From Haliotis rufescens (Eukaryota): a stretch of 64,000 bases of DNA. The stretch's first letter is position 1. Each line of letters opens with the position of its first letter. Shown piece after piece: positions 13,678 to 25,204 of this stretch. Location: NCBI RefSeq assembly GCF_023055435.1, contig NW_025963968.1, positions 5,766,001 through 5,830,000 on the forward strand. Direction: 5' to 3'. A program made the position numbers and the translations under genes. The notes below the pieces were generated by a model. The model saw only the letters and a list, made by a program, of their open reading frames with translations, searched no databases and was not told the DNA's origin.

Positions 13678-14035
13678 CCGTATTCGACGTAAAAAGCGCC
13701 CCGTCCTAATAAGCGCCCACGGCGATATTTGCTAATATATTGGCTAGTGAACAATCCAAATTAACATCCCTTCCAATTGATCATTGTACATAAGACCTAT
13801 TTATTTGTGTATAATACACACTCGTGTGCTATGTGCACCCTTAATTATGGGCAATTAAATTCTGAAAAATATATCTGTCGAGTATAATTTCTTCTGTATC
13901 ACTACAGGCTGTCAGCATAAACCACGAAATTTACGATCTTTCAACTCTCTTTTTGCTCACCAAACTTATACTCTAATAAGAGCCCCCTATTTCTTATTTT
14001 GAGAGCGCCCTAGGCGCTTATTACGTCGAATATAG
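13678..14035. mobile_element. Tc1/mariner-pogo-type MITE
   Basis: TIRs ccgtattcgacgtaaaaagcgcc / ggcgcttattacgtcgaatatag. TA lies at the right end and CA at the left. Confidence 0.65.
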
Positions 14036-14525
14036 TATCTTGATTCTCATGATTTCTCCATTACGGAAATTGGGTTTAAGAGGTGAAACGTGAATAGGAA
14101 GGGGTGAGAATCATCTGAACTTTAACCCTATAGCAAACCAATACTCGTCGTCATCCTATAAAGCACTGAAGGCCAATTCTGCAGTTTGGGCATTTGTTTT
14201 AGCGCTGATTGTTTGACATTTTGAAAAGATCTCAGTAGGTTGTAAAGATACCGAAAGGGACAAATGAAAATAAACAAGCAACATGTTCCCAAACATTTAA
14301 TTAAATTAACAGTAATTAAGTAATTAACTTTATTGAAAAAAAAAAAATGTTTGTTTTAACTAGGCTCGCAACCTTTTGCAATATCAATGTCTGAGTCACG
14401 ATACTTATGATTATATTATCACATACGGAGATGAAAGTATATTCCACGTAGATGAAAGTATTATCTACGTAGATGATAAAAAACCTTTTAGACTGTGGCA
14501 CTTAAACGCTTCCATACGTAAGTGA

Positions 14526-14652
14526 GTGAGTGAGTTGTGTTTAACGCCGCTTTTAACAATATTCCAGTCATATCACGGCGTGTCAGCTTAATGTGGGAGG
14601 AATGCCCCAAGTGATGCCGGTCTTAGACGTTTACCACTTCGGTGAAACCCAC
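14526..14652 (-). mobile_element. 5'-truncated SINE family 3 with a 15-bp TSD
   Basis: TSD tccatacgtaagtga at 14511-14525 and 14653-14667. Confidence 0.85.
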
Positions 14653-14686
14653 TCCATACGTAAGTGAAATGAGGACATTGTTTTAA

Positions 14687-15338
14687 AGGGGAAGTGTACA
14701 CGCAAAAATCACTTTCTTTCTTTTTCTAAACAAAACGCAATTTTAGAATTAATTAGTATCTGTGTTTGAAAATATACACTCATTTTTTTCACAGTGAAAG
14801 TAGGAAGTTCACAATAGTGTGAAAATGATATGCCGTTATGAGGCCTTCGTTTTTCGAGCTAAACAGGCCTGAGTTATCCCCCTTAGATTATGACGTAATT
14901 GGTGCCAATTCAACTGGGTCCCTGTCTATTCTTAACGCAAAAGATATCAAGTACCAGTTTGCGGTAAAACAACATGGCCTACGACACACTCCGGCGCAGT
15001 GGTGACTCAGCATAACACTATGCTGGCTGGCATCTGAGACGCTAGAATCACACACCTAGACCTACACCACGTGAAGCGGCTCTAACAAAGCATGATGACG
15101 TCATAATGTTTATCAATTGGCACCAATGACGTCATATTGCAAGGGGCATAAGCCATGGTGTTTTTGTTGTGGAAATAGAACACTTGGTAAATATGAAAAA
15201 TATAAATCGTTTTAATGCGAAAAATATGTTAATTAATTGTGATATTTTTATACTTTTGTCTATGACACTTCTAGGTTAACACTTTTAATGTGGAAAAAGT
15301 ACAAGAAAAATAGGTTAATTTCCGTGTGAACTTGCCCT
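14687..15338. mobile_element. Kolobok-like non-autonomous DNA transposon
   Basis: TTAA on both sides (14683-14686, 15339-15342). Termini aggggaagtgtacacg / cgtgtgaacttgccct. Inner inverted blocks at ~14872-14910 and 15115-15150. Confidence 0.75.
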
Positions 15339-15495
15339 TTAAATGACTGATATGCAGACTTGTTTGGGTTGATCATGTTGAGGCTGAATTCCTTGGCGTG
15401 GAATGGTAATCAATCTTGGATGTTTTTTGTTTTGGCTGAAACATGAAGAGAACACTACTTAAATTTAGTTTTGACCACACTGAGCAAGACAAAAC

Positions 15496-16157
15496 TACGG
15501 TGGTCCATAAGGGACATGGTGTCTGTTTTTCAATATTTTGATATTTCACTTACTTTCATCGTAACCTTTTGCAAATTAACACAATTTGTCATACAAATAT
15601 GTGATAAATCATGTATAAAAACAACCGAAAACATGGAAAATGTACTTTCAAGTAGCTATTGAATCGCTGAAATGTGAAGCGAAAATGTCAAAAACTAAAA
15701 TGAAAATGTCAAAAACAAAATCGAAAATGTCAACAACTAAAATGAAAATGTCAAAAACAAAAACGAAAATGTCAACATCAAAAGCGAAAATGTCAAAAAC
15801 AAAATCGAAAATGTCAACAACTAAAATGAAAATACAGAAAACTATTTCCACCGCGGTGTAAACAGTTTTCACCGCGGTAGAAATATTATCACCGCGTTGG
15901 AAATAGTTTTCTGTATTTTCATTTTAGTTTTTGACGTTTTCGCTTTTGTTTTTGACATTTTCGTCTTTGTTTTTGACATTTTCATTTTAGTTTTTGACAT
16001 TTTCGCTTCACTTTTCAGCGATTCAATATCTTCTTTATACATGATTTATCATATATTTGTATGACAAATCATGTAAATTTGCAAAAGGTTACTATAACAG
16101 TAAGTGAAATATCAAAATATTGAAAAACAGACTCAATTTCCCTTATGGGCCACCGTA
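15496..16157. mobile_element. IS3EU-like fold-back MITE, copy 1
   Basis: TACGG termini, long TIRs, 6-bp TSD caaaac, internal ~21-bp aaaatgtcaaaaac repeats. Confidence 0.75.
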
Positions 16158-16238
16158 CAAAACGGCTTAATTTCCATTGAGATAACCACACCGACTTTTA
16201 ACTCGGAAAAGTGAATTAATAATAGACTGTCACAAAGG

Positions 16239-16796
16239 TACGGTGGCCCAAAAGGGACATGGAGTCTGTTTTTCCATATTTTGATATTTCACTTACATTT
16301 ATCGTAACCTTTTGCAAATTAACACGATTTGTCTTCAAATATGTAATAAATCATGTGTAAAGAAGATATTGAATCGCTGAAAAAAGAAACGAAAATGTCT
16401 AAAACTAAAATGAAAATACAGAAAACTATTTCTATCGCGGTGATAATATTTCCTACGCGGTGAAAACTATTTCCACCGCGGCGATAATATTTACACTGTG
16501 TATTCATTTTAGTTTTTGACCTTTTCGTTTTGTGTTTTTTTACTTTTCATTTTAGTTTTTGACCTTTTCGTTTTGGTTTTTGACATTTTCATTTTAGTTT
16601 TTGACATTTTCACTTCACATTTCAGCGACTCAATAGCTACATAAAAGTACATTTTCCATGTTTTCGGATGTTTTTATACATGATTTATCACATATTTGTA
16701 TGGCAAATTGTGTTAATTTGCAAAAGGTTACGAAAAAAGTAAGTTAAACATCAAAATATTGAAAAACAGACTCCATGTCCCTTATGGGCCACCGTA
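16239..16796. mobile_element. IS3EU-like fold-back MITE, copy 2 (opposite orientation)
   Basis: TACGG termini and 6-bp TSD caaagg. Confidence 0.75.
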
Positions 16797-17063
16797 CAAA
16801 GGTGATGTTTATGTATATTTTCTGTATATCTAACTATGGAAAAACACAATTTCTTCTCCTTGGATCAAGATGTTAAAAATTCGTGATTATCATTAAACTC
16901 CTTTTTGGAATAGTACATGACTATATGATCTTTAAAGATAACAGAAATTATTATTTAACCTGATTCCTTTTTGACTCATTGCCACAAGCAAACATAATGT
17001 GACTTGTAAGACGTTATACATATTCCCATAACTTGATAACAATGCATACATTGAACTGTCTTG

Positions 17064-17247
17064 CGTCACAGTGGACACTGTGCATTCTCGGTGTGTGACA
17101 GGTGATAGATTCCTCTCCCTCCTCCGTTGTCCGGCCCATCACGATGACTGTTGACGGGTGGACAAGGGAGGTATATAAACCAAGACGGCCGTCACCAGTA
17201 TCATTCCTTCTCCACCCTCGTCAACAGCAGACCAACAACAGCAACTG
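17064..17247 (+). promoter_or_regulatory. Gene A promoter and non-coding exon 1
   Basis: TATATAAA at 17172-17179, Inr-like TCATT at 17201, donor g|GTGAGT after 17247, upstream element cgtcacagtggacactgt at 17064-17081. Conserved in the inverted copy of gene B. Confidence 0.8.
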
Positions 17248-17464
17248 GTGAGTTCAATGATTGCTTGTAGCCGCTTAATATCGCCAATACAGTTCTTCTC
17301 CCAATGGTCCTAGATATTTGGACAAATACTTTGTACATATGACCTTCTGAAACGTAAGACCGAGTTAACGCAGATGTTTCGATACACTAAGAGAAAAGTT
17401 ACAAATGAATGAATGATGTAGAATCATGGCGGCATAAGGTACACTGGGTGTACTCAGGTAGTAA

Positions 17465-18725
17465 TTGTCTACCACGTGTGGTATATGATGTGCTGTATAT
17501 AAGGAAGTTTATTTCCATCCATTCTTCATATATCTGCTAAATTGGTTGGGTAAAGTTATTACCACGTGTGGTATTGGGGGTGCTGTGTTTAAGGAAGCTT
17601 GTATCCAGCCATTCTACATATATCTGCTTACTTGTTTGGATTAAGTTATTACCACGTGTGGTATAGGGTGTTCTGTGTTTAAGGAACCTTGTATCCATCC
17701 ATTCTACATATATCTGCTTACTTGGTTGGATTAAGCTATTACCACGTGTGGTATAGGGTGTGATGTGTTTAAGGAAGCTTGTACCCATCCATTCTACATA
17801 TATCTGCTTACTTGGTTGGATTAAGTTATTACCACGTGTGGTATAGGGTGTGCTGTGTTTAAGGAAGCTTGTACCCATCCATTCTTCATATATCTGCTTA
17901 CTTGTTTGGGTTAAGTTATTACCACGTGTGGTATAGGGTGTGCTGTGTTTAAGGAAGCTTGTACACATCCATTCTACATATATCTGCTTACTTGGTTGGA
18001 TTAAGTTATTACCACGTGTGGTATAGGGTGTGCTGTGTTTAAGGAAGCTTGTACCCATCCATTCTACATATATCTGCTTACTTGGTTGGATTAAGCTATT
18101 ACCACGTGTGGTATAGGGTGTTCTGTGTTTAAGGAAGCTTGTACCCATCCATTCTACATATATCTGCTTACTTGGTTGGATTAAGTTATTACCACGTGTG
18201 GTATAGGGTGTGCTGTGTTTAAGGAAGCTTGTACCCATCCATTCTTCATATATCTGCTTACTTGTTTGGGTTAAGTTATTACCACGTGTGGTATAGGGTG
18301 TGCTGTGTTTAAGGAAGCTTGTACACATCCATTCTACATATATCTGCTTACTTGGTTGGATTAAGTTATTACCACGTGTGGTATAGGGTGTGCTGTGTTT
18401 AAGGAAGCTTGTACCCATCCATTCTTCATATATCTGCTTACTTGTTTGGATTAAGTTATTACCACGTGTGGTATAGGGTGTGCTGTGTTTAAGGAAGCTT
18501 GTACACATCCATTCTACATATATCTGCTTACTTGTTTGGATTAAGTTATTACCACGTGTGGTATAGGGTGTGATGTGTTTAAGGAACCTTGTACCCATCC
18601 ATTCTTCATATATCTGCTTACTTGTTTGGATTAAGTTATTACCACGTGTGGTATAGGGTGCGATGTGTTTAAGGAAGCTTGTACCCATCCATTCTTCATA
18701 TATCTGCTTACTTGGTTGGGTTAAG
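17465..18725. repeat. 90-bp minisatellite (~14 units) in intron 1 of gene A
   Basis: Unit ttaagttattaccacgtgtggtatagggtgtgctgtgtttaaggaagcttgtacccatccattctacatatatctgcttacttggttgga. Confidence 0.95.
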
Positions 18726-18894
18726 TTTTGTACTGGTCATATTTCTAGGTTTACCATATGCGTGTCTTAGAGTTTACGAAAGTGGTAAACATTTGACTTT
18801 CCTCCCACGTGTATATGATCTGATCCATGATATAACTACCTCACTCTTCAGTCTCACGTGTGAAAATTCCCAACACGTGACACAGTGGTTCATG

Positions 18895-19120
18895 GCACTG
18901 TGCAGAGTTGCGTCCCTTTGGCAGACCAGAAACCTATGATTGTTGGTTCGAATCCCAGTTCTCACCTATTATGGTTCTAGGTTGTTAGCACCAGACCTGT
19001 GCTCGTGGATTTCACCAAAGTGATAAACGTCTGAGACATGCATTAATTCAGGCTTTCCAATCTGACACCCGTGATATAACTGGAATACTGTTAACAGCGG
19101 CGTTAAACCTAACTCACTCA
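18895..19120 (+). mobile_element. SINE family 3 in intron 1 of gene A
   Basis: ctgtgcagagttgcgtccc...ggttcgaatccc...ctggaatactgttaacagcggcgttaaacctaactcactca. Confidence 0.75.
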
Positions 19121-19215
19121 ATCGTACCATGGCCACAGGGCGGTCTGTATTAATAAGTTATGTTTCTATATGTTATGTTGTTTGCAGAAAGCCTACCGGA
19201 CAACAAACAGGTGCT

Positions 19216-22200
19216 ATGAGAACGACCACCATCTTGGCCATGGCCGTACTAGGCTGTTGCTGTCTTGTGACCGACGCTTTCGTAATTGGTACGTACATTC
19301 CTACCATGTGTCATCAAGAGCATACTGTTTCCTGAGTTGTCCATAGATCCAGCTGGCATGCGACGGAACTGCTTCATGATGCGGCCATAAAACTGTCTGA
19401 GTTCCCCAGTCGTCTAGGACGTCGGAGACCTCACGTCGGCTTCCCGCCCACATCAAACTAACACGCCATGATATAGCTGGAATACTGTTCAAAACGGCTT
19501 TGAACCAGCCTCACTCACTTTGTGGAGAATATTTCCAAATTTGACGTATCAGTGACTCAAAATTATGTCCGATGCAATTTCCTGTTGTGACATCAGTGGC
19601 GCAGGATAGGCTCACCCAGCATCATCGATATTTGATTGTGATTCATAAGGGTATTTGGCGTCATTTGTAAAAGTATGGTATGCATTATCTTGTATGAAAG
19701 ACTATCTACTTTCTAAGTTCAGGGAGCACAGGCGGCCCAGTCGTGTAAGGCGTCGCACTTCACTGTGCCGAGCCGTGTCCCTTCGGCGCGCACAAATCAT
19801 GTGGTGGTCGGGTTCGAATCAAAGCTTTGCTCTGAAAAACATTCTAGGTGTGTCTGCAGCTTTCACGTGGGCGTCGCCAAAATGGTATTCGTCAAAGATC
19901 TGCATCACCTTGACATCCATTTCAATCCTCTCTTTATTCCCTCATAAGCTTATTTGTCACAATGTAGCTNNNNNNNNNNNNNNNNNNNNNNNNNNNNNNN
20001 NNNNNNNNNNNNNNNNNNNNNNNNNNNNNNNNNNNNNNNNNNNNNNNNNNNNNNNNNNNNNNNNNNNNNNNNNNNNNNNNNNNNNNNNNNNNNNNNNNNN
20101 NNNNNNNNNNNNNNNNNNNNNNNNNNNNNNNNNNNNNNNNNNNNNATTTTCAGTTGTATGAAGATACTGCGCATTGTATCATCAGTCAAACAATACAGAG
20201 ATTAAAACCATAATCAAGCCACTGTATGAAATCAAACGATTTTCATTTATTCGAGTACAGCTGTACTCGGTTCATTAGTGTGCAAACAGGTCATGAGTAT
20301 AATGCGTCGTGAGTACACGTCGGCTTTCCTCCCACATCAAACTTACACGCCATGGTGTAGCTTGAATGCTGATCAAAACGGCGTTGAACCAAGCTCACTC
20401 ACTGACTTTGTGGAGAACAGAAATCAAAAGATTTTCATTAATTCGAGTACCAGCTGTATTCGGTTCAGTGATGTGCAAATAGGTCATACGAATAATGCGG
20501 TGACGAAAAAATGTTCTCAGCCGATTCAGTGGTATTTCCATTTGCATTTTGTAATAATCTGTCAAAGAATTTAACAACAGGTGTTACCGACGGGACAGGA
20601 TGCTCACCTTAGTGAGTAAATATGGTTTTAATTTTACTACAGGTGCCACAGGTGGGTAGGAAATGCTCACCTTAGGGCGAACACCTGGTATCATCACTTC
20701 TGGTAGTGATCCATAAACATATGCCTATCATGTAGTCTGAATCGCACAATGAACTCTGCTTTTAGCTGACATTTCTTATGATTATGAAATAGGGAGTTGT
20801 CGCTTGTACTTAGTTTGAATTTTGGTCTTTTTGCAGGTTCCCAATATGGCACCAATCCTGACAATCAACTGATAAATCGCAGGCAAGTTCCAGGATTTGG
20901 ACGTCAAGTCATCTACAATCCCACTAGGGCAACCCGAGGAAAAGACATAAAGTCCACTCAAGTCAAACAGGTTGCTCCTGCTCGACCAACCCCACAAGCC
21001 CCACAAGCTCAGAAAGTCTACCCTCCAGCCCCACAAGCTCAGAAAGTCTATCCCCCAGCCCCACAAGCTCAGAAAGTCTACCCTCCAGCCCCACAAACTC
21101 AGAAAGTCTATCCCCAAGCCCCACAAGCTCAGAAAGTCTATCCCCCAGCCCCACAAGCTCAGAAAGTCTATCCCCAAGCCCCACAAGCTCAGAAAGTCTA
21201 TCCCCCAGCCCCACAAGCTCAGAAAGTCTATCCCCCAGCCCCACAAGCTCAGAAAGTCTATCCCCCAGCCCCACAAGCTCAGAAAGTCTATTCCCCAACC
21301 CCACAAGCTCAGAAAGTCTATGTCCTAGCCCCACAGCCCCAGTATGTCCTTGCCAATGGCCTACCTGATCACTACGGTTCCCAGATCGATCAAGGATACG
21401 ACACTCAGCCTATATATGCTTCCAACAGAATCACACTTAGACACCAACCCTTCCCCCAGAATACTATCATCATCATCAAGGAGGACTCCCCTAATCCCCG
21501 TGGTGCTTCCGCCCCAGCACAGGCTCAAGCCCCACTCGCGCCAGCCCCTGCTTCAATCGTAATCGATGCCCCTACCCCTGTCTCTGCCCCTGCCCCTTCC
21601 CACATCTCATTAGACCCTTTCTCTGCCCCTCTCCCAACAGACCCTTTCTCAGCCGCTGGTCCAAACTTTGCAGACCCTTTCTCTGCTCCTCTCCCAACGG
21701 ACCCTTTTTCTGCCGCTGGCCCAAACTTTGCAGACCCTTTCTCTGCCCCTCTTCCAACAGACCCTTTCTCAGCCGCTGGCCCAAACTTTGCAGACCCTTT
21801 CTCAGCCTTTTTCCCTGCAGACCCTTTCTTTGATCCCACCACAGCCTCTGCAGACCCTTTCTCCCTATCGTACCCTGTAGATCCACTCGCTGCCCCCACA
21901 TCTGCGCCAGCTAAAACAGCAGCTTCCCCACAGGTACCCATCCCAGAACCCAACTCTCCAGCAGGGGCAGCATCTGGCCTCTACCCTGGTGCTTCCCAAC
22001 GTGGATACGACGCCCTCGACAGCATGTTGAGACTTAACATGCTCGCTGAAATGGAGCTTCCTCACTATGGAGGACATCACAACTTGCACCAGCTCACTGA
22101 AACCCTTGGAGCACCTGCCAGCAAGGGTGCGGCTCAGTATCAAGCTTCCAAGTCCTCTTCCCTGGGTCACCAGAACCAGTACGATCGCTTGTTCTCACAG

Positions 22201-22485
22201 CACCTCGCTGAGGCACTAGACCTTCCTCCACAACAAGGCCACCCAGCGTCAGGTGCTACCCACAATGCACCCCTCGCTAACAACCCCAACGTAGCTGTGT
22301 CACAAGCAGCAGCAGCAGCGGCACCGGCAGCTGCACCAGCACCAGAACCGACAGCAGTAAAGGCAGCATCACCAGCAGCTAAACCAGCTGGAGGTCACCA
22401 TGGTTACAACCCTTATGACCTCTACTCCATGCATCTCCGAGAGGCTCTTGACCTGCCTCCTATGCCCCCTATGCCTCGCGTGTGA
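19216..22485 (+). CDS. Gene A: secreted Pro/Ala/Gln-rich repetitive protein, 573 aa, join(19216..19288,20837..22485)
   Basis: Acceptor tttgcAG before 19188, ATG 19216, signal peptide MRTTTILAMAVLGCCCLVTDA, donor GTACGT at 19289 (phase 1), acceptor ctttttgcAG before 20837 in frame with the 562-aa ORF. Contains 11x PQAQKVYPPA, 3x 20-aa DPFSA repeats and 3 C-terminal LAEALDLP-type motifs. AATAAA at 22669. An N gap lies in intron 2. Confidence 0.9.
19970..20146. other. Assembly gap (177 N) in intron 2 of gene A
   Basis: Run of N. Confidence 1.
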
Positions 22486-23219
22486 TGTGATCTTGCCTTC
22501 ACATGACTGGTCGGTGCTTTAGCTTTCCACCAGTTAGCTCAGGATGATTGGCTCAGATACGTCTCAGATAGATGCATCTGTATTAATTATTTGAGTATGG
22601 TATTTAAAAGGAAACCTAGGTCCAAAGATAGACATGTCACTAGGTCATTGTTGGTGTTTGTGTATGACAATAAACAACTGAGAACGAAACAATATTTGTT
22701 TATCTTTACTTCTACAACTTAAGGTGGACTTCATGTTTAGTTGTTTGGCGTACTATAATTATCAACCTATAGTGACGTCAACCTGTTGTTCTTAAGGTTC
22801 TAAAAGAAGTCTTTAGAATTCGTTTTTGACCGCGACCACTGTTTTCTGTCACTATGAGGTATCCCCATGTTTGTATTTTATATTTCTTCTGGTATTCCTT
22901 CATTCAGACGGTTTATAAGTTGATTAAAACATCCCTACTCGGTTATGGTTGAAAATGATAAACGTCGCTCGCGTAAACACGATGAAGTTCGAGGTCAGGG
23001 TGATAGTGGCATTTCCCCCAAAATTATGTTGACATTTTACGAACATATGATGAAGTCGACCTGCTTTGTGCTTACCTCAGAAGTCCTGGGTGCGATTCCC
23101 AACATGGGTACACTCTGAAGCCCTTATCCGACGTACACCGTCGCGTAAAACCCAACTAACTCACCCACTCACTCACTCACTCACTCACTCACTCACTCAT
23201 GCTTTGACATGCCCCAATG

Positions 23220-24180
23220 ACACATGTACAATACCTGTATACACGACTCACTCCATGTACAATATCTATAGCTGTATACATGACTCACTACATGTACAAT
23301 ACCTATGGCTGTTTACACGAATCACTAAATGTACAATACAGTTGTATACACGACTCACTACATGTACAATACCTATAGCTGTATACACGACTCACTTCAT
23401 GTACAATATCTATAGCTGTATACACGACTCACTACATGTACAATACCTATAGCTGTATACACGACTCACTACATGTACAATACCTATAGCTGTATACACG
23501 ACTCACTACATGTACAATACCTATAGCTGTATACACGACTCACTACATGTACAATACCTATAGCTGTATACACGACTCACTACATGTAAAATGACTATAG
23601 CTGTATACTGACTCACTACATGTACAATACCTATAGCTGTAACACGACTCACTACATGTACAATACCTATAGCTGTATAGACGACTCACTACATGTACAA
23701 TACATACAGCTGTATACACGACTCACTACATGTACAATACCTATGGCTGTATACACGACTCACTACATGTACAATACATATAGCTGTATACATGACTTAC
23801 TGCATGTGATATGCGTATAGCTGAATACATGACTTACTGCATGTGATATGCGTATAGCTGTATACACGACTCACTACATGTACAATACCTATGGCTGTAT
23901 ACATGACTTGCTGCATGTGATATACGTATAGCTGTATACATGACTTACTGCATGTGATATACGTATAGCTGTATACATGACTTACTGCATGTGATATGCG
24001 TATAGCTGAATACATGACTTACTGCATGTGATATACGTATAGCTGAATACACGACTTACTGCATGTGATGTACGTATAGCTGAATACACGACTTACTGCA
24101 TGTGATATACGTATAGCTGAATACATGACTTACTGCATGTGATATACGTATAGCTGTATACATGACTTACTGCATGTGCA
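23220..24180. repeat. 37-bp minisatellite with two subtypes
   Basis: tacaatacctatagctgtatacacgactcactacatg switches near 23790 to tgatatacgtatagctgtatacatgacttactgcatg. Confidence 0.9.
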
Positions 24181-24289
24181 TAAAGAATATCTATCTATGA
24201 CTTGGATGATGACTTTAACGTCTACGTTTAATGTTAGCATGACCACTCATTTCAAAGAGATATTTTCAAGCAAGCATCTCATTGGGGCT

Positions 24290-24722
24290 TAACTCCTCAT
24301 AGGTAATTGCCCTACGTATATAAGTGGTGCTCGCCTCCCCCATCTAACTTTTTAGATGGTGTGTACATAGAAGTTCTTAATGATGTACGGAGATTTATGA
24401 TAGACGTTTCCATCAAGAGGTCCATCAAAGGGAGACAATTTTACATGGTGATTTCAATGTAGATTTGAGTTATTGAATTGTGCTGAAACGCAGAAAGAAA
24501 TATCTGCAAAGAGGGCTCACTAAGCGGGATCTAATTTCTGACGTGCCCCTTGATGTAGATCCTAGTTTCACCTTCACAGGCAAATGTAAAACTGTAAGAA
24601 GTATGATAGGTTATGTGTTCATTAGACTCCAATATGTTAGTAAAGTTGTTGGTTATACATTAGATACTGGAGTTCAATACTCTGTATCTGACCATTGTCC
24701 AATATTCCTGTTTCAGTACTGA
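24290..24722 (+). mobile_element. LINE apurinic-endonuclease domain relic
   Basis: ETILHGDFNVDL (~24433-24468) and, frameshifted, SFTF...SMIGYVF...SDHCPI: the GDFN and SDH motifs of APE domains. Confidence 0.7.
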
Positions 24723-25204
24723 TTCCCAAACACGTCACATATGAACATCCTAACTGGCGTTAAGATAAATGACGCAGACTTTATGTCATACCGATATGAA
24801 ACTGACGTCAGTTTTACCAGACTCAGTACTCACCTCCTCTTGAATACATTGGCAATTATCACGACTATATCCTACAATCGTTACATGCTGCAGTTAAACT
24901 AAGTATACCATTTTCAAAATTCCAGTCTCATTTAAAACCATACTTGAAAAGGGATAATTTAAATACGTTGCATCCATGGGATCCCATGGGATTCGAATCC
25001 ACGATAGAAGGTTTCTGTTAAACCTCTGCAAGGTAAATTTCGGTACTCCAGAAGGCTGGGTCACCCATGCTCTCAAAAGTAAAAAAACCCACGACATTAA
25101 CATTATACCTATACAGTAGCAATGAACACGTAAGGAAAATACCAGTATACTTAAGACGTGAGTGACCTGACGGTCGTAAAAATTAGGTTTCATTTGTAAT
25201 ATAT

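Noticed and set aside
15640-15872. Lys/Met/Ser-rich ORF (KMSKTK repeats)
   Set aside because: Internal 21-bp repeats of the fold-back MITE.
17537-18688. 383-aa minus-strand ORF of 30-aa repeats
   Set aside because: It is the 90-bp intronic minisatellite read in a stop-free frame. The paralogous array in gene B is interrupted by SINE tails.
21613-21860. DPF motifs as AP-2/endocytic adaptor binding sites
   Set aside because: The protein has a signal peptide and no transmembrane segment, so these motifs would not face the cytosol.
20782-22170. Antisense and alternate-frame ORFs over genes A and B (WGWGIDFLSL, PHKLRKSIPQ and others)
   Set aside because: Shadow frames of the coding repeats. Only the Pro-rich frame joins the signal-peptide exon.
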